From positions 192,001-256,000 of the forward strand of contig OZ252243.1 of NCBI GenBank assembly GCA_965249555.1: a DNA stretch of 64,000 nucleotides, in the 5' to 3' direction. A program made the translations under genes and the position numbers. Of the stretch, positions 24,662-35,776 are shown piece after piece. Numbering within the stretch: position 1 is the first letter of the stretch; each line of letters opens with the position of its first letter. The notes under the pieces are model-generated. The model was given only the letters and a program-made list of their open reading frames with translations, was not told where the DNA came from and did no database searches. Source of the stretch: Nitrosopumilus sp. Lineage in GTDB: Archaea; Thermoproteota; Nitrososphaeria; Nitrososphaerales; Nitrosopumilaceae.

Positions 24662-25801
24662 GTGACAGTAAAAAACATCACAGTTTTGGGTTCCGGTGTT
24701 ATGGGACATGGAATTGCTCAGGTTTCAGCAACTGCAGGATACAATGTAGTGTTACGAGACATCAAACAAGAATTTTTGGACAAAGCCATGGAGAAAGTAA
24801 AATGGAGCATAGATAAACTAGTTTCAAAAGAAAAAATTTCAAAAGAAGAAGGTGATGCGATTTTTGCAAGAATCAAACCAGTCATAGATTTGAATGAAGC
24901 AGTAAAAGATGCAGAACTAGTCATTGAGGTAGTTCCAGAAATTATGGATTTAAAGAAAAGAGTCTATGCAGAATTGGATAAAGCAGCGGCACCAGAAGTG
25001 GTCTTTGCATCAAATACAAGCACACTACCAATTACTGAAATAGCAAATACAACATCACGACCTGAAAAATTCATAGGAATTCATTTTTTCAATCCACCAC
25101 AATTAATGAAACTAGTAGAGATAATTCCAGGAGAAAAAACATCACAAGAAATAATTGATTTGACTCAAGAATATGTAAAATCAGTTAACAAGACAGCAGT
25201 GATATGCAGAAAGGACGTTCCAGGGTTCATTATCAACAGATTATTCATTCCGATGGTCCATGAAGCCTGTTACCTAAAAGATAGAACAGGTGCAACGCTT
25301 GAAGAAATTGATTCTGCATTCAAATTCAAATTAGGATTTCCAATGGGTATCTTTGAATTGGCAGATTTTACAGGAATGGATGTAATTCACAAAGCTACTG
25401 TAGAGATGCATCTACGTGACAAAAAAGTAATCAATCCTCATCCACTAGTTGAAAAAATGTTTGATGCAAAAAAACTCGGACAGAAATCAGGAGAAGGGTA
25501 TTACAAATATTCAGAGGATAAATACGAAAGAGTTGCACTATCAGAGGAATTAGCGGCAAAATGTGATCCAATACAGATTGTTGCCAACATACTAAACAAC
25601 GCAGCATGGCTTGTTACAAATGGTGCAAGCGACATAGAAGAGATTGAGAAAGCAGCTCAGTTAGGGCTAGGACTCAAAAAGCCATTATTTGAAACAGCAA
25701 AAGAGATGGGCATCAAAAAAATTGTTGACGAGCTAAACAAGCTTGCTGAAGAACATGGTGAGTTTTACAAGCCAGATCCGCTACTAGTCTCTATGCAGTA
25801 A
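24662..25801 (+). CDS. 3-hydroxyacyl(3-hydroxybutyryl)-CoA dehydrogenase
   Basis: GSGVMGHGIA, ASNTSTL, GIHFFNPP, PGFIINR, PMGIFEL. Confidence 0.92.
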   Translation: MTVKNITVLGSGVMGHGIAQVSATAGYNVVLRDIKQEFLDKAMEKVKWSIDKLVSKEKISKEEGDAIFARIKPVIDLNEAVKDAELVIEVVPEIMDLKKRVYAELDKAAAPEVVFASNTSTLPITEIANTTSRPEKFIGIHFFNPPQLMKLVEIIPGEKTSQEIIDLTQEYVKSVNKTAVICRKDVPGFIINRLFIPMVHEACYLKDRTGATLEEIDSAFKFKLGFPMGIFELADFTGMDVIHKATVEMHLRDKKVINPHPLVEKMFDAKKLGQKSGEGYYKYSEDKYERVALSEELAAKCDPIQIVANILNNAAWLVTNGASDIEEIEKAAQLGLGLKKPLFETAKEMGIKKIVDELNKLAEEHGEFYKPDPLLVSMQ

Positions 25802-25978
25802 TTAGGCAAATTAGAGAATTTTTAATTTATTCATCAGATGATCTTCTGCTTGGCCTAACTGGTACAAAGAATCGCATCTTACTTCCAATCATAGATTCAT
25901 TACGTCAAATCAGCCCATAAAGAAGGAGGGGTCGAGACATAACTAGATCCAAAACGGAATAAATAATCACAGATAGTG

Positions 25979-26590
25979 TTAACTCGAATCCTTTTGAGCC
26001 ATTCTTAAAGCCTCACCACTTTTAATTTTATTAAAATCATCAAGGATTTCGGCATCAGTTGATTCTGTGTCTTTGTTGGATGATGTAGAAATTAATTCTA
26101 AAATTTTCTTTACTGCATCTTGAGGTGTGTCAACTCCAATAATTTTGATGTTTTCTCTATGATCAAGAAAACCGTCAATGTATTGTTCAATAGAACCTCC
26201 AATGTTTCTGATTGCAACCATTGGTTTTTTGTACATATATGCAGCACATACTTCTGATAAAGTACCAGAACCGCCACCTACAATAATTATTCCATCAGCA
26301 CTTAATGCATTTAGAAAGTCACGGGCAAGTCCCATGCCAGTTGGAATTACAATGTCACAGAATTGATTAGCCAATGTAGCATCATCTTGAGGAATTATTC
26401 CCACAGTCAAGCCATTTGCATCATGAGCACCATGTGATGCAGCTTTCATCACTCCTCCCAATCCACCAGTTATCAGAACAGAGCCAGATTTTGCAATATG
26501 TTCTCCAACATCGTATGCAATCTTTTCATGTTTTGGCGTACATCCATTGATATTATTACCAATAACTAAGATCTGATGTTTCTTTGTCAT
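25979..26590 (-). CDS. LOG/TIGR00725 family nucleotide-binding protein
   Basis: ITGGLGGVMKA, PTGMGLAR, GGGSGTLSE. Confidence 0.85.
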   Translation of the reverse strand: MTKKHQILVIGNNINGCTPKHEKIAYDVGEHIAKSGSVLITGGLGGVMKAASHGAHDANGLTVGIIPQDDATLANQFCDIVIPTGMGLARDFLNALSADGIIIVGGGSGTLSEVCAAYMYKKPMVAIRNIGGSIEQYIDGFLDHRENIKIIGVDTPQDAVKKILELISTSSNKDTESTDAEILDDFNKIKSGEALRMAQKDSS

Positions 26591-26841
26591 TCATTTTCTC
26601 CTTCACGAATTAATTTGAGCTTTTTGGTAAGAAGACTTTGGAATGTTATTTCCATTGGTGTTGATGAATGTTTAATTATTTTCTGACTTTGTATTATTTC
26701 ATTTTCCAGTCTTTCCCGTATTGCCTGATCAGATAAGATTTGACGTTTTAATGAGATTGCTTGCTTTTGGCCACTAGTGTATATTTGAATCCAGCAATAG
26801 CCAGTTTGACTGTCATCAATGTCTATTTCAGTTATTTTCAT
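26587..26841 (-). CDS. Hypothetical protein
   Basis: 84-aa ORF coupled (ATGA) to the downstream gene. Confidence 0.6.
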   Translation of the reverse strand: MKITEIDIDDSQTGYCWIQIYTSGQKQAISLKRQILSDQAIRERLENEIIQSQKIIKHSSTPMEITFQSLLTKKLKLIREGENE

Positions 26842-26874
26842 ATTAGAATTATGAGATATTTGCTTTTTAGGGTT

Positions 26875-27279
26875 TTAATTTTTTTTAGAAGGTAAATTGG
26901 AATTATTGTATAAAATCACACATACAAAAATACCCTTACCTGAAATGGCCTGCGCACTATGTTGCATTCCCTTTGGAATGAATATGGTTGAAGGTGATGC
27001 CACCTCGTATGATTCATCTTCTAATTGTATATCATATGTCAAGCTAGAATCTTCAGATAGTATCAAATTAATCTCATCATGATCATGTTTGTGTAATTCG
27101 CTATATTTTGGAAGAACCGCAGAGGCATCAACAAAGTGAACTGCAATGTGTGTGTCTGATTGAGGAATCAAAGTTTTGTTCAGCATTGATAATCGTTTGA
27201 TTGGAGCCTTGCTATGAAAAGGAACTTTGTCAAGTGATTCAATAACTCCTTTTTTGATAAATTTTTGATATTTATTCAC
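26875..27279 (-). CDS. Cupin-like protein
   Basis: HKHDHDEIN, IFIPKGMQH. Confidence 0.7.
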   Translation of the reverse strand: MNKYQKFIKKGVIESLDKVPFHSKAPIKRLSMLNKTLIPQSDTHIAVHFVDASAVLPKYSELHKHDHDEINLILSEDSSLTYDIQLEDESYEVASPSTIFIPKGMQHSAQAISGKGIFVCVILYNNSNLPSKKN

Positions 27280-27311
27280 AAATCAATTGGTCATTCTATC
27301 AATTATATCAG

Positions 27312-28052
27312 TTGTCCATCCGTGATCATATAAGCAACAAAGTCCAAATAACACCATTGCAAGTAGATAGAACTTCAGAATGGTTTGTTCCAAAATTTGG
27401 CTCTAAAAGATTTCGAATCGGTATAGGGATTTTGTTTTTGCCATACACAAGTATTGTTACATGCTTTGCCGCATTAGGAGCAATTTCAGGACCACTACAA
27501 TTAGAACGGGTTGCAGCAATTTGTGTGATTTACATTTTAGCACTTGGAATTGGTGCGCATCTGCTTGATGCTGTAGGAGGTAAAACAAAACCTTGGGGAG
27601 ATCTACCAAAAAGAAAGATTGGAGTTATGGCATTGGGTGCTGTAAGCATTGCGTTTTCTGTTGGAATTTATTTTGCATTTTTAGATTCTCCTTGGCTTTT
27701 TCCAATAGGGATTATTGAAGGGTTTTTCCTATTTGCATATAGTCTAGAACTCTTTGGAGGTAAATTTCACAATAATATATCAACAGTATTTTCATGGGGC
27801 ATTCTACCTGTTTTTGCAGGTTCTGTTATCCAGACAAATTCAATTACAATGGAGACGGTAATTATTGCCACAATTACGGCACTAGTTACCTATGCATTGA
27901 TAAAAACATCCAGACAATACAAACTGCTCAAAAGAGACAATGGAGATATACACATCATCAAAAAGAAAGAGCGTATTTTAAAATTAATTACAGTCGGAGT
28001 TGTTGTATCAACTATCATTTTTTTCATTGCAAGATATTATAATTTGGTTTGA
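27312..28052 (+). CDS. Multi-pass membrane protein
   Basis: Several hydrophobic helices. Confidence 0.7.
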   Translation: MSIRDHISNKVQITPLQVDRTSEWFVPKFGSKRFRIGIGILFLPYTSIVTCFAALGAISGPLQLERVAAICVIYILALGIGAHLLDAVGGKTKPWGDLPKRKIGVMALGAVSIAFSVGIYFAFLDSPWLFPIGIIEGFFLFAYSLELFGGKFHNNISTVFSWGILPVFAGSVIQTNSITMETVIIATITALVTYALIKTSRQYKLLKRDNGDIHIIKKKERILKLITVGVVVSTIIFFIARYYNLV

Positions 28053-28156
28053 GTAATTAGAAAGCCAGATAAATGGAGAATATTGAAAATACGGATCATA
28101 CAAAAAAGACTCGTTCTGAGAGTAAAGGATATTAGTTAATTATACAAACAATATTC

Positions 28157-28279
28157 ATGGAAAGACGCTCAATGCCAGTATGTTTTACTAAAAAACAATA
28201 CAAAATGATCGAAGAATTCGCCAAGAAAAATGGCATGCTTAATGCAAGTCAAGCTCTTGAAAAAATCTTAAACAATTAA
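28157..28279 (+). CDS. 40-aa ribbon-helix-helix-like small protein
   Basis: MERRSMPVCFTKKQYKMIEEFAKKNGMLNASQALEKILNN*. Confidence 0.5.
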   Translation: MERRSMPVCFTKKQYKMIEEFAKKNGMLNASQALEKILNN

Positions 28280-28395
28280 GTGATTTTTGTTATTTTTATC
28301 TTTCACTGATTAACGTAAGTTATGTCTCAGTTCACTCTGATCATTTCTTTTTTATTACATTTAATAGATTAAATTATTTAAAATCTCATAGAGAC

Positions 28396-28806
28396 ATGGG
28401 ACTGTTCAGTAAAAAACCATCATTTTGTGCCGTATGCAACAAAGAGCTAACTCACAAACACAAACCAAAAAAAGAGTGGAATATAGACGGTCGACTTTGC
28501 GGGGATTGTCATTTTGATAAATCAAAGGAATACTATGAAGGAACAATAAGACAGCCATGTGTAGAATGTAAAACAACCAGAAAAATTACAGATTTGTGGG
28601 AACCCAGATGGCAATGGGACATGCAAGGTTTGTTATGCAAAGAATGCTTTGACAAAAAAGAAAAAACCCATACTAAAAAGAAAAATTTCTGTGCATTATG
28701 TGGTGGAAAGATGGGACTGATCAGATATAATGCAAAAGGAGATTGGAAGATTGAAGGTCAACTTTGCAGAACTTGCTGGGATGAAAAGAAAGCAGAGTTT
28801 GGATAA
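28396..28806 (+). CDS. Cys-rich repeat (zinc-binding) protein
   Basis: Three CxxC...W.I.G.LCxxC units. Confidence 0.75.
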   Translation: MGLFSKKPSFCAVCNKELTHKHKPKKEWNIDGRLCGDCHFDKSKEYYEGTIRQPCVECKTTRKITDLWEPRWQWDMQGLLCKECFDKKEKTHTKKKNFCALCGGKMGLIRYNAKGDWKIEGQLCRTCWDEKKAEFG

Positions 28807-28808
28807 AA

Positions 28809-29006
28809 GTGGGTTTTTTTAATAAAAGTAAATGTGACATTTGTAACAAAAAATTTTCAAAAGAAGAAGAGATGATGAATCATAAACAAATTATTCATGG
28901 AAAAGATTTGCAATACGACTGTAAAGAATGCAACAAATATTTCTCAAACATGGAAGATATGAGAACACATTTGCAAAGAGAGCACAGTTACAAAAAAGAC
29001 AGATAG
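28809..29006 (+). CDS. Double C2H2 zinc-finger protein
   Basis: CDIC..HKQIIH, CKEC..HLQREH. Confidence 0.8.
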   Translation: MGFFNKSKCDICNKKFSKEEEMMNHKQIIHGKDLQYDCKECNKYFSNMEDMRTHLQREHSYKKDR

Positions 29007-29216
29007 TTAGACTGCTTTTACTGTTTTTACTACAGGAGGTCTTACTTTAGTAAAGACTCTGAATCCACATATACATTTGATTTCAGGTAAGCGAGACAGG
29101 TCAGTGTTGGAAACATTAGTTGCACACCTAAGACAAGAGTAAATTACATCAAATGCCTCAACAGGGGTTTCTTCAACAGGGGTTTCTTCAATAGAATCTG
29201 AGTTTTCTTCAACCAT
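29007..29216 (-). CDS. rpoP: RNA polymerase subunit Rpo12 (P)
   Basis: YSCLRC..IKCICGFRVFTKVRPPVVKTVKA. Confidence 0.85.
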   Translation of the reverse strand: MVEENSDSIEETPVEETPVEAFDVIYSCLRCATNVSNTDLSRLPEIKCICGFRVFTKVRPPVVKTVKAV

Positions 29217-29254
29217 ATTTATCATCAAAATTTCGATAATTTAAGGATACCAGA

Positions 29255-29563
29255 TTACGTCAGGGACAATTCAATGTAGACATCATCAGGAATGTGGAGC
29301 CTCATTAGTTGTCTAATTGCTTTATCATCAGCATTAATGTTAATTATTCTTCTATGCATTCTCATTTCCCATTTCTCATAGGTTTCAGTGCCACTGCCAC
29401 AAGGGGATTTTCTAGTAGCAATATGTAATCTTTTGACAGGAAGTGGAGTAGGACCTTTTACTTTAACACCAGTTTTTTTACCGATTCCCATGATTTCTCC
29501 ACAAACACCATCTAATTTTTTTAAACTGGTAGATGTGAGTTTTACACGGGCGGTTTGTGTCAT
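29255..29563 (-). CDS. rpsJ: 30S ribosomal protein uS10
   Basis: GPTPLP, TRKSPCGSG, WEMRMHRR; downstream of EF-1alpha. Confidence 0.95.
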   Translation of the reverse strand: MTQTARVKLTSTSLKKLDGVCGEIMGIGKKTGVKVKGPTPLPVKRLHIATRKSPCGSGTETYEKWEMRMHRRIININADDKAIRQLMRLHIPDDVYIELSLT

Positions 29564-29573
29564 GAAAATCTGC

Positions 29574-30872
29574 CTATGGTTTGAACTCTTCAGTAATTTC
29601 TTTAACGATACCTGCTGCGATTGTCGCACCCATATCTCTAAGAGCGAATCTGCCCATTTCAGGAAAATCTTTGAAAGTTTCGATACAAGTTGGTCTTACA
29701 GGTCTAATTTTTACAATTGCAGAATCACCAACTTTTAGGAACTTTGGATTTTCTTCCTCAACTGCACCGGTTGCTGGATTGATCTTTTGGAGGAATTCAG
29801 TAACAGTTGCCGCAACTTGTGTAGTGTGTGCATGCATAACTGGTGTATATCCAGGAGCAATTGCTGTTGGGTGGTGAATAACTATAATTTGTGCTTTGAA
29901 TTCTTTTGCAACCATTGGTGGTTTATCAGGACTTCCAAGTACATCGCCCCGCTTGATATCTTTCTTTTCAATACCTCTAAGATTGAAACCAATGTTATCG
30001 CCTGCTTCTGCAGTTGGCATTTCTGTGTGGTGTGTTTCAATTGATTTAATTTCACCAAGAGCGCCAGAAGGCATTACAATTATTTTCTCGCCTGCTTTCA
30101 TAGTTCCGGTTTCAACTCTACCTACAGGTACTGTACCTACGCCAGTAATGGTGTAAACATCTTGAATTGGGACACGTAGTGGTTTACCAGTTGGTTTGTC
30201 GGGTACAGTAAAGTCATCAAATGCTTCAAGTAGTGTCTTTCCTGCATACCATGACATGTTCTCAGATTTTTTAACTAAATTGTCTCCTTTCCATCCAGAA
30301 ACTGGGATAATTGCTACATTGTCCAGTTTGTAACCTACAGATTTTATCAATTTTTCACCTTTTTCTTTGGCTGCTTTGAATGCGTCCTCTTTGTAATCAA
30401 CTGCATCCATTTTATTGATTGCAACAATTAGTTGGCCTACACCGAGTGTTTTTAGTAAGAATGCGTGCTCTCTTGCTTGTCCACCTGCTGCAATTGCAGT
30501 ATCAGTTTCACCTTCTTTTGCTGAAAGCACCAAGATAGCAGCATCTGCTTCAGAAGCGCCAGTAATCATATTTTTAATAAAGTCCCTGTGGCCAGGTGCG
30601 TCAATTAATGTAAAGAAATACTTTGCAGATTCAAACTTTTGGAAAGCAAGATCAATAGTAATACCTCTTTCTCTTTCATCTTTGATATTATCCATAACCC
30701 ATGCGTACTTGAAAGTATCACCCTTTCCGGTCTTTTCAGATTCAACTGCATGTGCTGCAATTGTTCTTTCATCTACAACTCCTAAATCCATCAAGAAATG
30801 ACCCATAGTTGTTGATTTACCGTTATCAATGTGACCAGTAACAATCATGTTCAAGTGTGGTTTGTCTGCCAT
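29574..30872 (-). CDS. tuf: Translation elongation factor EF-1alpha
   Basis: GHIDNGKST, RGITID, DAPGH, NKMD. Confidence 0.97.
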   Translation of the reverse strand: MADKPHLNMIVTGHIDNGKSTTMGHFLMDLGVVDERTIAAHAVESEKTGKGDTFKYAWVMDNIKDERERGITIDLAFQKFESAKYFFTLIDAPGHRDFIKNMITGASEADAAILVLSAKEGETDTAIAAGGQAREHAFLLKTLGVGQLIVAINKMDAVDYKEDAFKAAKEKGEKLIKSVGYKLDNVAIIPVSGWKGDNLVKKSENMSWYAGKTLLEAFDDFTVPDKPTGKPLRVPIQDVYTITGVGTVPVGRVETGTMKAGEKIIVMPSGALGEIKSIETHHTEMPTAEAGDNIGFNLRGIEKKDIKRGDVLGSPDKPPMVAKEFKAQIIVIHHPTAIAPGYTPVMHAHTTQVAATVTEFLQKINPATGAVEEENPKFLKVGDSAIVKIRPVRPTCIETFKDFPEMGRFALRDMGATIAAGIVKEITEEFKP

Positions 30873-31002
30873 ATGGACTGCCTCTCATAGGTCATTTATT
30901 AGCGTTATGAATTTTTGAAAAAAACTATACTTTTTTTCAATTTATTTCAGATCTTATTACTTTGTCAAAAGCACATAAATCAAAGAGATAAAAAGAGAAA
31001 TT

Positions 31003-32139
31003 ATGAAGATTACGGTTTCAGTTATCAAAGCAGATGTCGGCGGAGTTGGCGGACATACAAAACCAAGTGATGCTTTAATTGAAGCAGTAAGAGATACGGT
31101 AAAAAATTCAGCAGATCTACTAATTGATCATTACATTGGGTATTGCGGAGATGATGTCCACATTGTAATGTCTCATACACATGGAGTGGATAACCAACAA
31201 ATTCACAAACTGGCTTGGGACGCATTCATGGCAGGAACACAAGTTGCCAAAGAAGAGGGGCTTTATGGAGCAGGACAAGATTTACTGAAAGATTCTTTTT
31301 CAGGAAATGTAAAAGGCATGGGTCCGGGGGTTGCAGAATTAGAATTTGAAGAAAGAGCAAATGAGGCATTCACAGTATTTGCAGCAGACAAAACAGAGCC
31401 TGGAGCATTCAACTATCCAATTTACAGAATGTTTGTAGATGCATTAAGTAACACAGGTTTGATTGTAAACAAGTCACTTGCTAGTGGTGTGAAGATAAAC
31501 ATAATGGATGTAGAGCAAGGAACAATTGCTGAGCTTGAATTGTGGCAAGACAAGCCAACTATCGAAGCTGCATTAATGTATCCGGGAAGATATGTTGTTG
31601 ATTCAGTTAATACTAAAGATGGGGAACCAATTCTTGCAGCATCAACTGACAGATTACATAACATTGCCGGAACATATGTTGGAAAAGATGATCCAATATG
31701 CCTAATCAGAACACAAAAGAATTTTCCAGCTACAGAAGAGGTTGGAAGTGTATTTAATAATCCACATTATGTAGCAGGAAACACAAGAGGCAGTCACAAT
31801 ATGCCACTAATGCCTGTAAAACTAAACTCTCCAGCAACGATCAATTTCTGTATTCCAATTGTTGAGGCACTAGTGTTTAGTATGCACAATGGAAAGTTTA
31901 CGGGTCCATTTGACGGATTCTCAACTCCAGACTGGGATTACATAAGAGAGATTGCAACAAAGAAAGCAATGGCAATTAGAAGTCAAGGATTCATTCATCC
32001 AGCAACTCTTGTTCCATCAGAATTAGAATATGCAGAAGGATACAAAGATAGAATGAGTATTCTTGAAAGTAAGATGAAGCCAATGGAAGGATACACCACA
32101 CGTGGTGAAAAGAAAGATAATTACGAAGATCCGGATTAA
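31003..32139 (+). CDS. fbp: Fructose-1,6-bisphosphate aldolase/phosphatase
   Basis: IKADVG..GH, LYGAGQDLL, FSGNVKGMGPG, DKTEPG, YVGKDDP. Confidence 0.93.
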   Translation: MKITVSVIKADVGGVGGHTKPSDALIEAVRDTVKNSADLLIDHYIGYCGDDVHIVMSHTHGVDNQQIHKLAWDAFMAGTQVAKEEGLYGAGQDLLKDSFSGNVKGMGPGVAELEFEERANEAFTVFAADKTEPGAFNYPIYRMFVDALSNTGLIVNKSLASGVKINIMDVEQGTIAELELWQDKPTIEAALMYPGRYVVDSVNTKDGEPILAASTDRLHNIAGTYVGKDDPICLIRTQKNFPATEEVGSVFNNPHYVAGNTRGSHNMPLMPVKLNSPATINFCIPIVEALVFSMHNGKFTGPFDGFSTPDWDYIREIATKKAMAIRSQGFIHPATLVPSELEYAEGYKDRMSILESKMKPMEGYTTRGEKKDNYEDPD

Positions 32140-32202
32140 CAGTTTAGTTTGTCATCAAAATTTTAGGAAATAGTTAAATCAAAAAAGACCTCATCAAAAT
32201 AG

Positions 32203-32616
32203 ATGATAAGTTATTTTCAACAAGTCTTTGATTACAAAACATACCTTGTTACAGCACTAGCACTAGTCACATTTTCAGATTTTGTGGTTGTTTTATTTGG
32301 GCAGACCATACCCGGAGTCATTTTGACATTTTTCAAAATGGCTGGAGAGTATGTAATTTTAGGCTCTGTTTTTGTTTTTGCACTGTTTTGGCTTGTAAAA
32401 GCAAGACCTCACAATCGCCCAAAACAATACTCAGTGGTCGTATTTGATGTGTTTGGAAAAAAGAGTCAAATTGACGGCATTAGAACTGAATTCAAAACAC
32501 ATGATGTTGCTTGGAGTTTCATGAAACAATACAAAAAAGAATATCCACTATGCAACTTTGCACTAGTGACTGAGCAACCAGAATCAGACAAACCAACGAT
32601 TTTCAGATACATCTAG
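32203..32616 (+). CDS. Membrane-anchored hypothetical protein
   Basis: N-terminal hydrophobic helices. Confidence 0.65.
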   Translation: MISYFQQVFDYKTYLVTALALVTFSDFVVVLFGQTIPGVILTFFKMAGEYVILGSVFVFALFWLVKARPHNRPKQYSVVVFDVFGKKSQIDGIRTEFKTHDVAWSFMKQYKKEYPLCNFALVTEQPESDKPTIFRYI

Positions 32617-32653
32617 TTTCAAACTTTTATTCAGGATTACATAAAGAATTAGA

Positions 32654-34420
32654 ATGGAGTTCTCCATTTTAGCTGATTCTTTTAATAAAATGGAATCAAC
32701 TAGGAAAAGATTAGAGTTAACACAGTTTCTAGTAGAATTATTTGAAAAAACACCTCATGATGTAATTTCTAAGATTGTGTATCTTTTACAGGGAAAACTA
32801 CGACCAGACTTTGAAGGAATTGAATTAGGTGTTGCTGAAAAACTTGCATTAAGGGCAATCTCAAAGTCATCAGGAATCACAATTAAGAGAATAGAGGAGG
32901 AATATAGAAAAGAAGGAGATCTAGGACATGCAGCATCAGTAATACTAGAACAAAAAACACAGACAACATTCCTTGTAGAAGATATCACAGTCGAGCGAGT
33001 ATATGAAACATTATTCAAAATTGCCAAGTTGGAAGGAACGCGCTCACAAGACATGAAAATAAAATATATTTCGAGTTTACTTAATGATGCAAACCCATTA
33101 GAGGCAAGTTTCATTTTGAAAATTTTGTTGGGATCATTGAGACTAGGAATTGCAGAGAACACAGTAATGGATGCATTGGCAATAGCATTTTCTGGAAATA
33201 AAGATAACAGAAAAATTTTGGAGCATGCATACAATGTGTCTAGTGATTTAGGGAAAGTTGCAGAAACCATAGCAACAAAAGGTCTCGAAGGAATTGAAAA
33301 ATTTGAGATCATTTTGTTTAATCCAATCAGACCTATGCTTGCTGACAGAGTCAAAAGTGAAGAAGAAGCAATTAAAAAAATGGGAGACAATTTTGCAGCT
33401 GAATACAAGCTAGATGGGGAAAGAGTTCAACTTCACATTGAGGGAGACAAAGTCGTATTATTTTCTAGGAGTTTAGAAAACATCACAAGTTATTATCCAG
33501 ACATTATAGAAAAAATTCCAAAAGCAATTCAAGCAGAGAATGTAATTTTGGAAGCAGAGGCAGTTGCAATCAAAGAAAGTACTGGAGCATTTTTACCGTT
33601 TCAAGAATTAATGCACAGAAGAAGAAAATACAAGATAGAAAAAGCAGTTACTCAGTATCCAATCACAGTAAATTTTTTTGATATCTTATACTGTAATGGA
33701 AAAAGCTGCTTAGAGTTAAACTACAAAGATAGAAGAGAGAAATTAGAAAGAATTGCAAAAGAAGATGAATTTGCAAAACATATTCCAATGGCAATAGTCA
33801 AAAATGACAATGAGGTTAAGGACTTTTTTGAAAACAGCATTAATGCAGGTAGTGAGGGATTGATGCTAAAGATGCTTGACAAGCCATACCAAGCAGGTTC
33901 GAGAGGAAGTAATTGGTTAAAGCTAAAACGAGAGTATCAAAATGAGTTAGGAGACAGTTTAGATCTTGTGGTAATAGGGGGATTTTTTGGAAAAGGAAGA
34001 AGGACAGGAAACTATGGGACACTACTACTTGCAACATATGATGAAGATACTGACACATTCACCAGCATTTGCAAAGTAGGGACCGGATTTTCAGATGAGA
34101 GTTTGGACCAGTTATATCAAATTTTGAATCCAAAAGTTACAATCAAGAAAAACCCACGCATAGATAGTGAAATGGAAGCAGATGTGTGGTTTGAACCAGA
34201 ACTAGTAATCGAAGTGGTGGCATCAGAGATTACACTCAGTCCGATTCACAAAGCAGCATTAGATAGAATAAAAAAAGATGCGGGTCTTGCTTTGAGATTT
34301 CCTAAATTTACAGGAAAGATTAGAGTTGAGAAGGCAGTTGAGGATGCATCCACAAATGAAGAAGTAATCACACTATACAAAGGACAAAAAAAGGTAGCAC
34401 ATGATAAAAATTTGATATAA
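32654..34420 (+). CDS. lig: ATP-dependent DNA ligase
   Basis: EYKLDGER, SEGLMLK, WLKLK, LRFPKF. Confidence 0.96.
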   Translation: MEFSILADSFNKMESTRKRLELTQFLVELFEKTPHDVISKIVYLLQGKLRPDFEGIELGVAEKLALRAISKSSGITIKRIEEEYRKEGDLGHAASVILEQKTQTTFLVEDITVERVYETLFKIAKLEGTRSQDMKIKYISSLLNDANPLEASFILKILLGSLRLGIAENTVMDALAIAFSGNKDNRKILEHAYNVSSDLGKVAETIATKGLEGIEKFEIILFNPIRPMLADRVKSEEEAIKKMGDNFAAEYKLDGERVQLHIEGDKVVLFSRSLENITSYYPDIIEKIPKAIQAENVILEAEAVAIKESTGAFLPFQELMHRRRKYKIEKAVTQYPITVNFFDILYCNGKSCLELNYKDRREKLERIAKEDEFAKHIPMAIVKNDNEVKDFFENSINAGSEGLMLKMLDKPYQAGSRGSNWLKLKREYQNELGDSLDLVVIGGFFGKGRRTGNYGTLLLATYDEDTDTFTSICKVGTGFSDESLDQLYQILNPKVTIKKNPRIDSEMEADVWFEPELVIEVVASEITLSPIHKAALDRIKKDAGLALRFPKFTGKIRVEKAVEDASTNEEVITLYKGQKKVAHDKNLI

Positions 34421-34474
34421 TCGTGCTCAAAAAACATCAAAAATCATAGAGGATTTAAATTACCTGAGGAATTT

Positions 34475-35140
34475 TTGGCTTCTGTTATGTATAGTGGAGA
34501 ACTAGAAGTTCAAGCAAAAAGAAAGGCCATAGCAGTTTTACAAGACGAAATTAACCGAATTCTAAACGCCGCCAGGGAACTTGCAACACTACCTGAGCTT
34601 ATGATGAAAAAAGACAAGACAGGAATCAAAGGTGTACTAGAGCAAATTTCAACGATTGAAGAAGAAGTGGAGAATCTAAGAAGAAAGATTACGAGAGAAG
34701 TGGCAGATGTGGGAGGATTAATCATGAATAGGGAAAACCTTCTCAATACAGCATACACAATGGATGAAATTGCAGGTTACATTACAGGTATTGCATTCAA
34801 ACTCTCAAACGTCAAAGTAACCACACTAAAAAGTGCAAAACTTGACCAGGACATCACAAAGTTAATTGAACTAGTTGTAGACGAAGTTTACAAGCTAAAT
34901 GAAATCATTAGAAGTCTCAACACAAACACTGCTAATGCAATTGAATTAGCCCAAGAGACACAAACAATAGAGAGAGAGATTGATATCAAATATAGACAAG
35001 CCACAATCAAAATTCTATCCGAAGTAGCAAATACAAAAGAATTGTTGTTGATGAAAGATGTAATAGAAGGAATAGAAGAGATGGCAGATAAATGTCAACG
35101 AGTGTCAGATTCTTTCATATTACTAGCATTGAGCCTGTAA
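34475..35140 (+). CDS. DUF47/PhoU-like protein
   Basis: IEEEVENLRR..NRE..DEIA; IEEMADKC. Confidence 0.75.
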   Translation: MASVMYSGELEVQAKRKAIAVLQDEINRILNAARELATLPELMMKKDKTGIKGVLEQISTIEEEVENLRRKITREVADVGGLIMNRENLLNTAYTMDEIAGYITGIAFKLSNVKVTTLKSAKLDQDITKLIELVVDEVYKLNEIIRSLNTNTANAIELAQETQTIEREIDIKYRQATIKILSEVANTKELLLMKDVIEGIEEMADKCQRVSDSFILLALSL

Positions 35141-35239
35141 AGAAAACACATAATTTTTCATTTTTACTTTATTTTTAATTCCTCAAAATTACTACACTCA
35201 ACTAGAGAATTCATATACACACAATGATGCCCAATAATT

Positions 35240-35776
35240 ATGAAAGGTGAGTTAATAGAGAATAGAATCATTGTTTGGAATATAGAGGATTCACGTAAAC
35301 TTTTCAGCCAAGGATATTATGGAAAACCAATAGGCATTCCAAAACCAAAAATTGAGGAAATAGATGTGCCATTAATTTTAGATCTTATCGAAGGATTGTA
35401 TCTTTTAGAAAATAAGAAAATTACAATTACCAAATCAAAACAAAAATTAAACATTGATCAAATGATTGAGATTTGTAAACAAGAATACCATGATTTTGAT
35501 AAAAAATATCTAGTTTACAAAAATTTCAGAGACAAAGGATACGTCATCAATCCCGGAATAAAATTTGGATGTGACTTTGCAGTATATGAAAAAGGGCCAG
35601 GAATTGATCATGCACCATATCTGATTCAAGTTTACAACAGAAATGAATCAATTTCATCAACAGGGATTGTTCTTGCAGGAAGGCTTGCATCAACAGTTAG
35701 AAAGCAATTCATCTTAGCAATTCCAAAAGGTAAAGACAAGGTGGATTTTCTTGCTTTAGACTGGTGGAGGGCTTAG
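35240..35776 (+). CDS. endA: tRNA-splicing endonuclease
   Basis: GIKFGCDFAVY, GIDHA, RLASTVRK. Confidence 0.92.
   Translation: MKGELIENRIIVWNIEDSRKLFSQGYYGKPIGIPKPKIEEIDVPLILDLIEGLYLLENKKITITKSKQKLNIDQMIEICKQEYHDFDKKYLVYKNFRDKGYVINPGIKFGCDFAVYEKGPGIDHAPYLIQVYNRNESISSTGIVLAGRLASTVRKQFILAIPKGKDKVDFLALDWWRA

Noticed and set aside
29581-33408. Long antisense ORFs over tuf, fbp and lig
   Set aside because: Shadow frames of conserved genes with no recognisable motifs.
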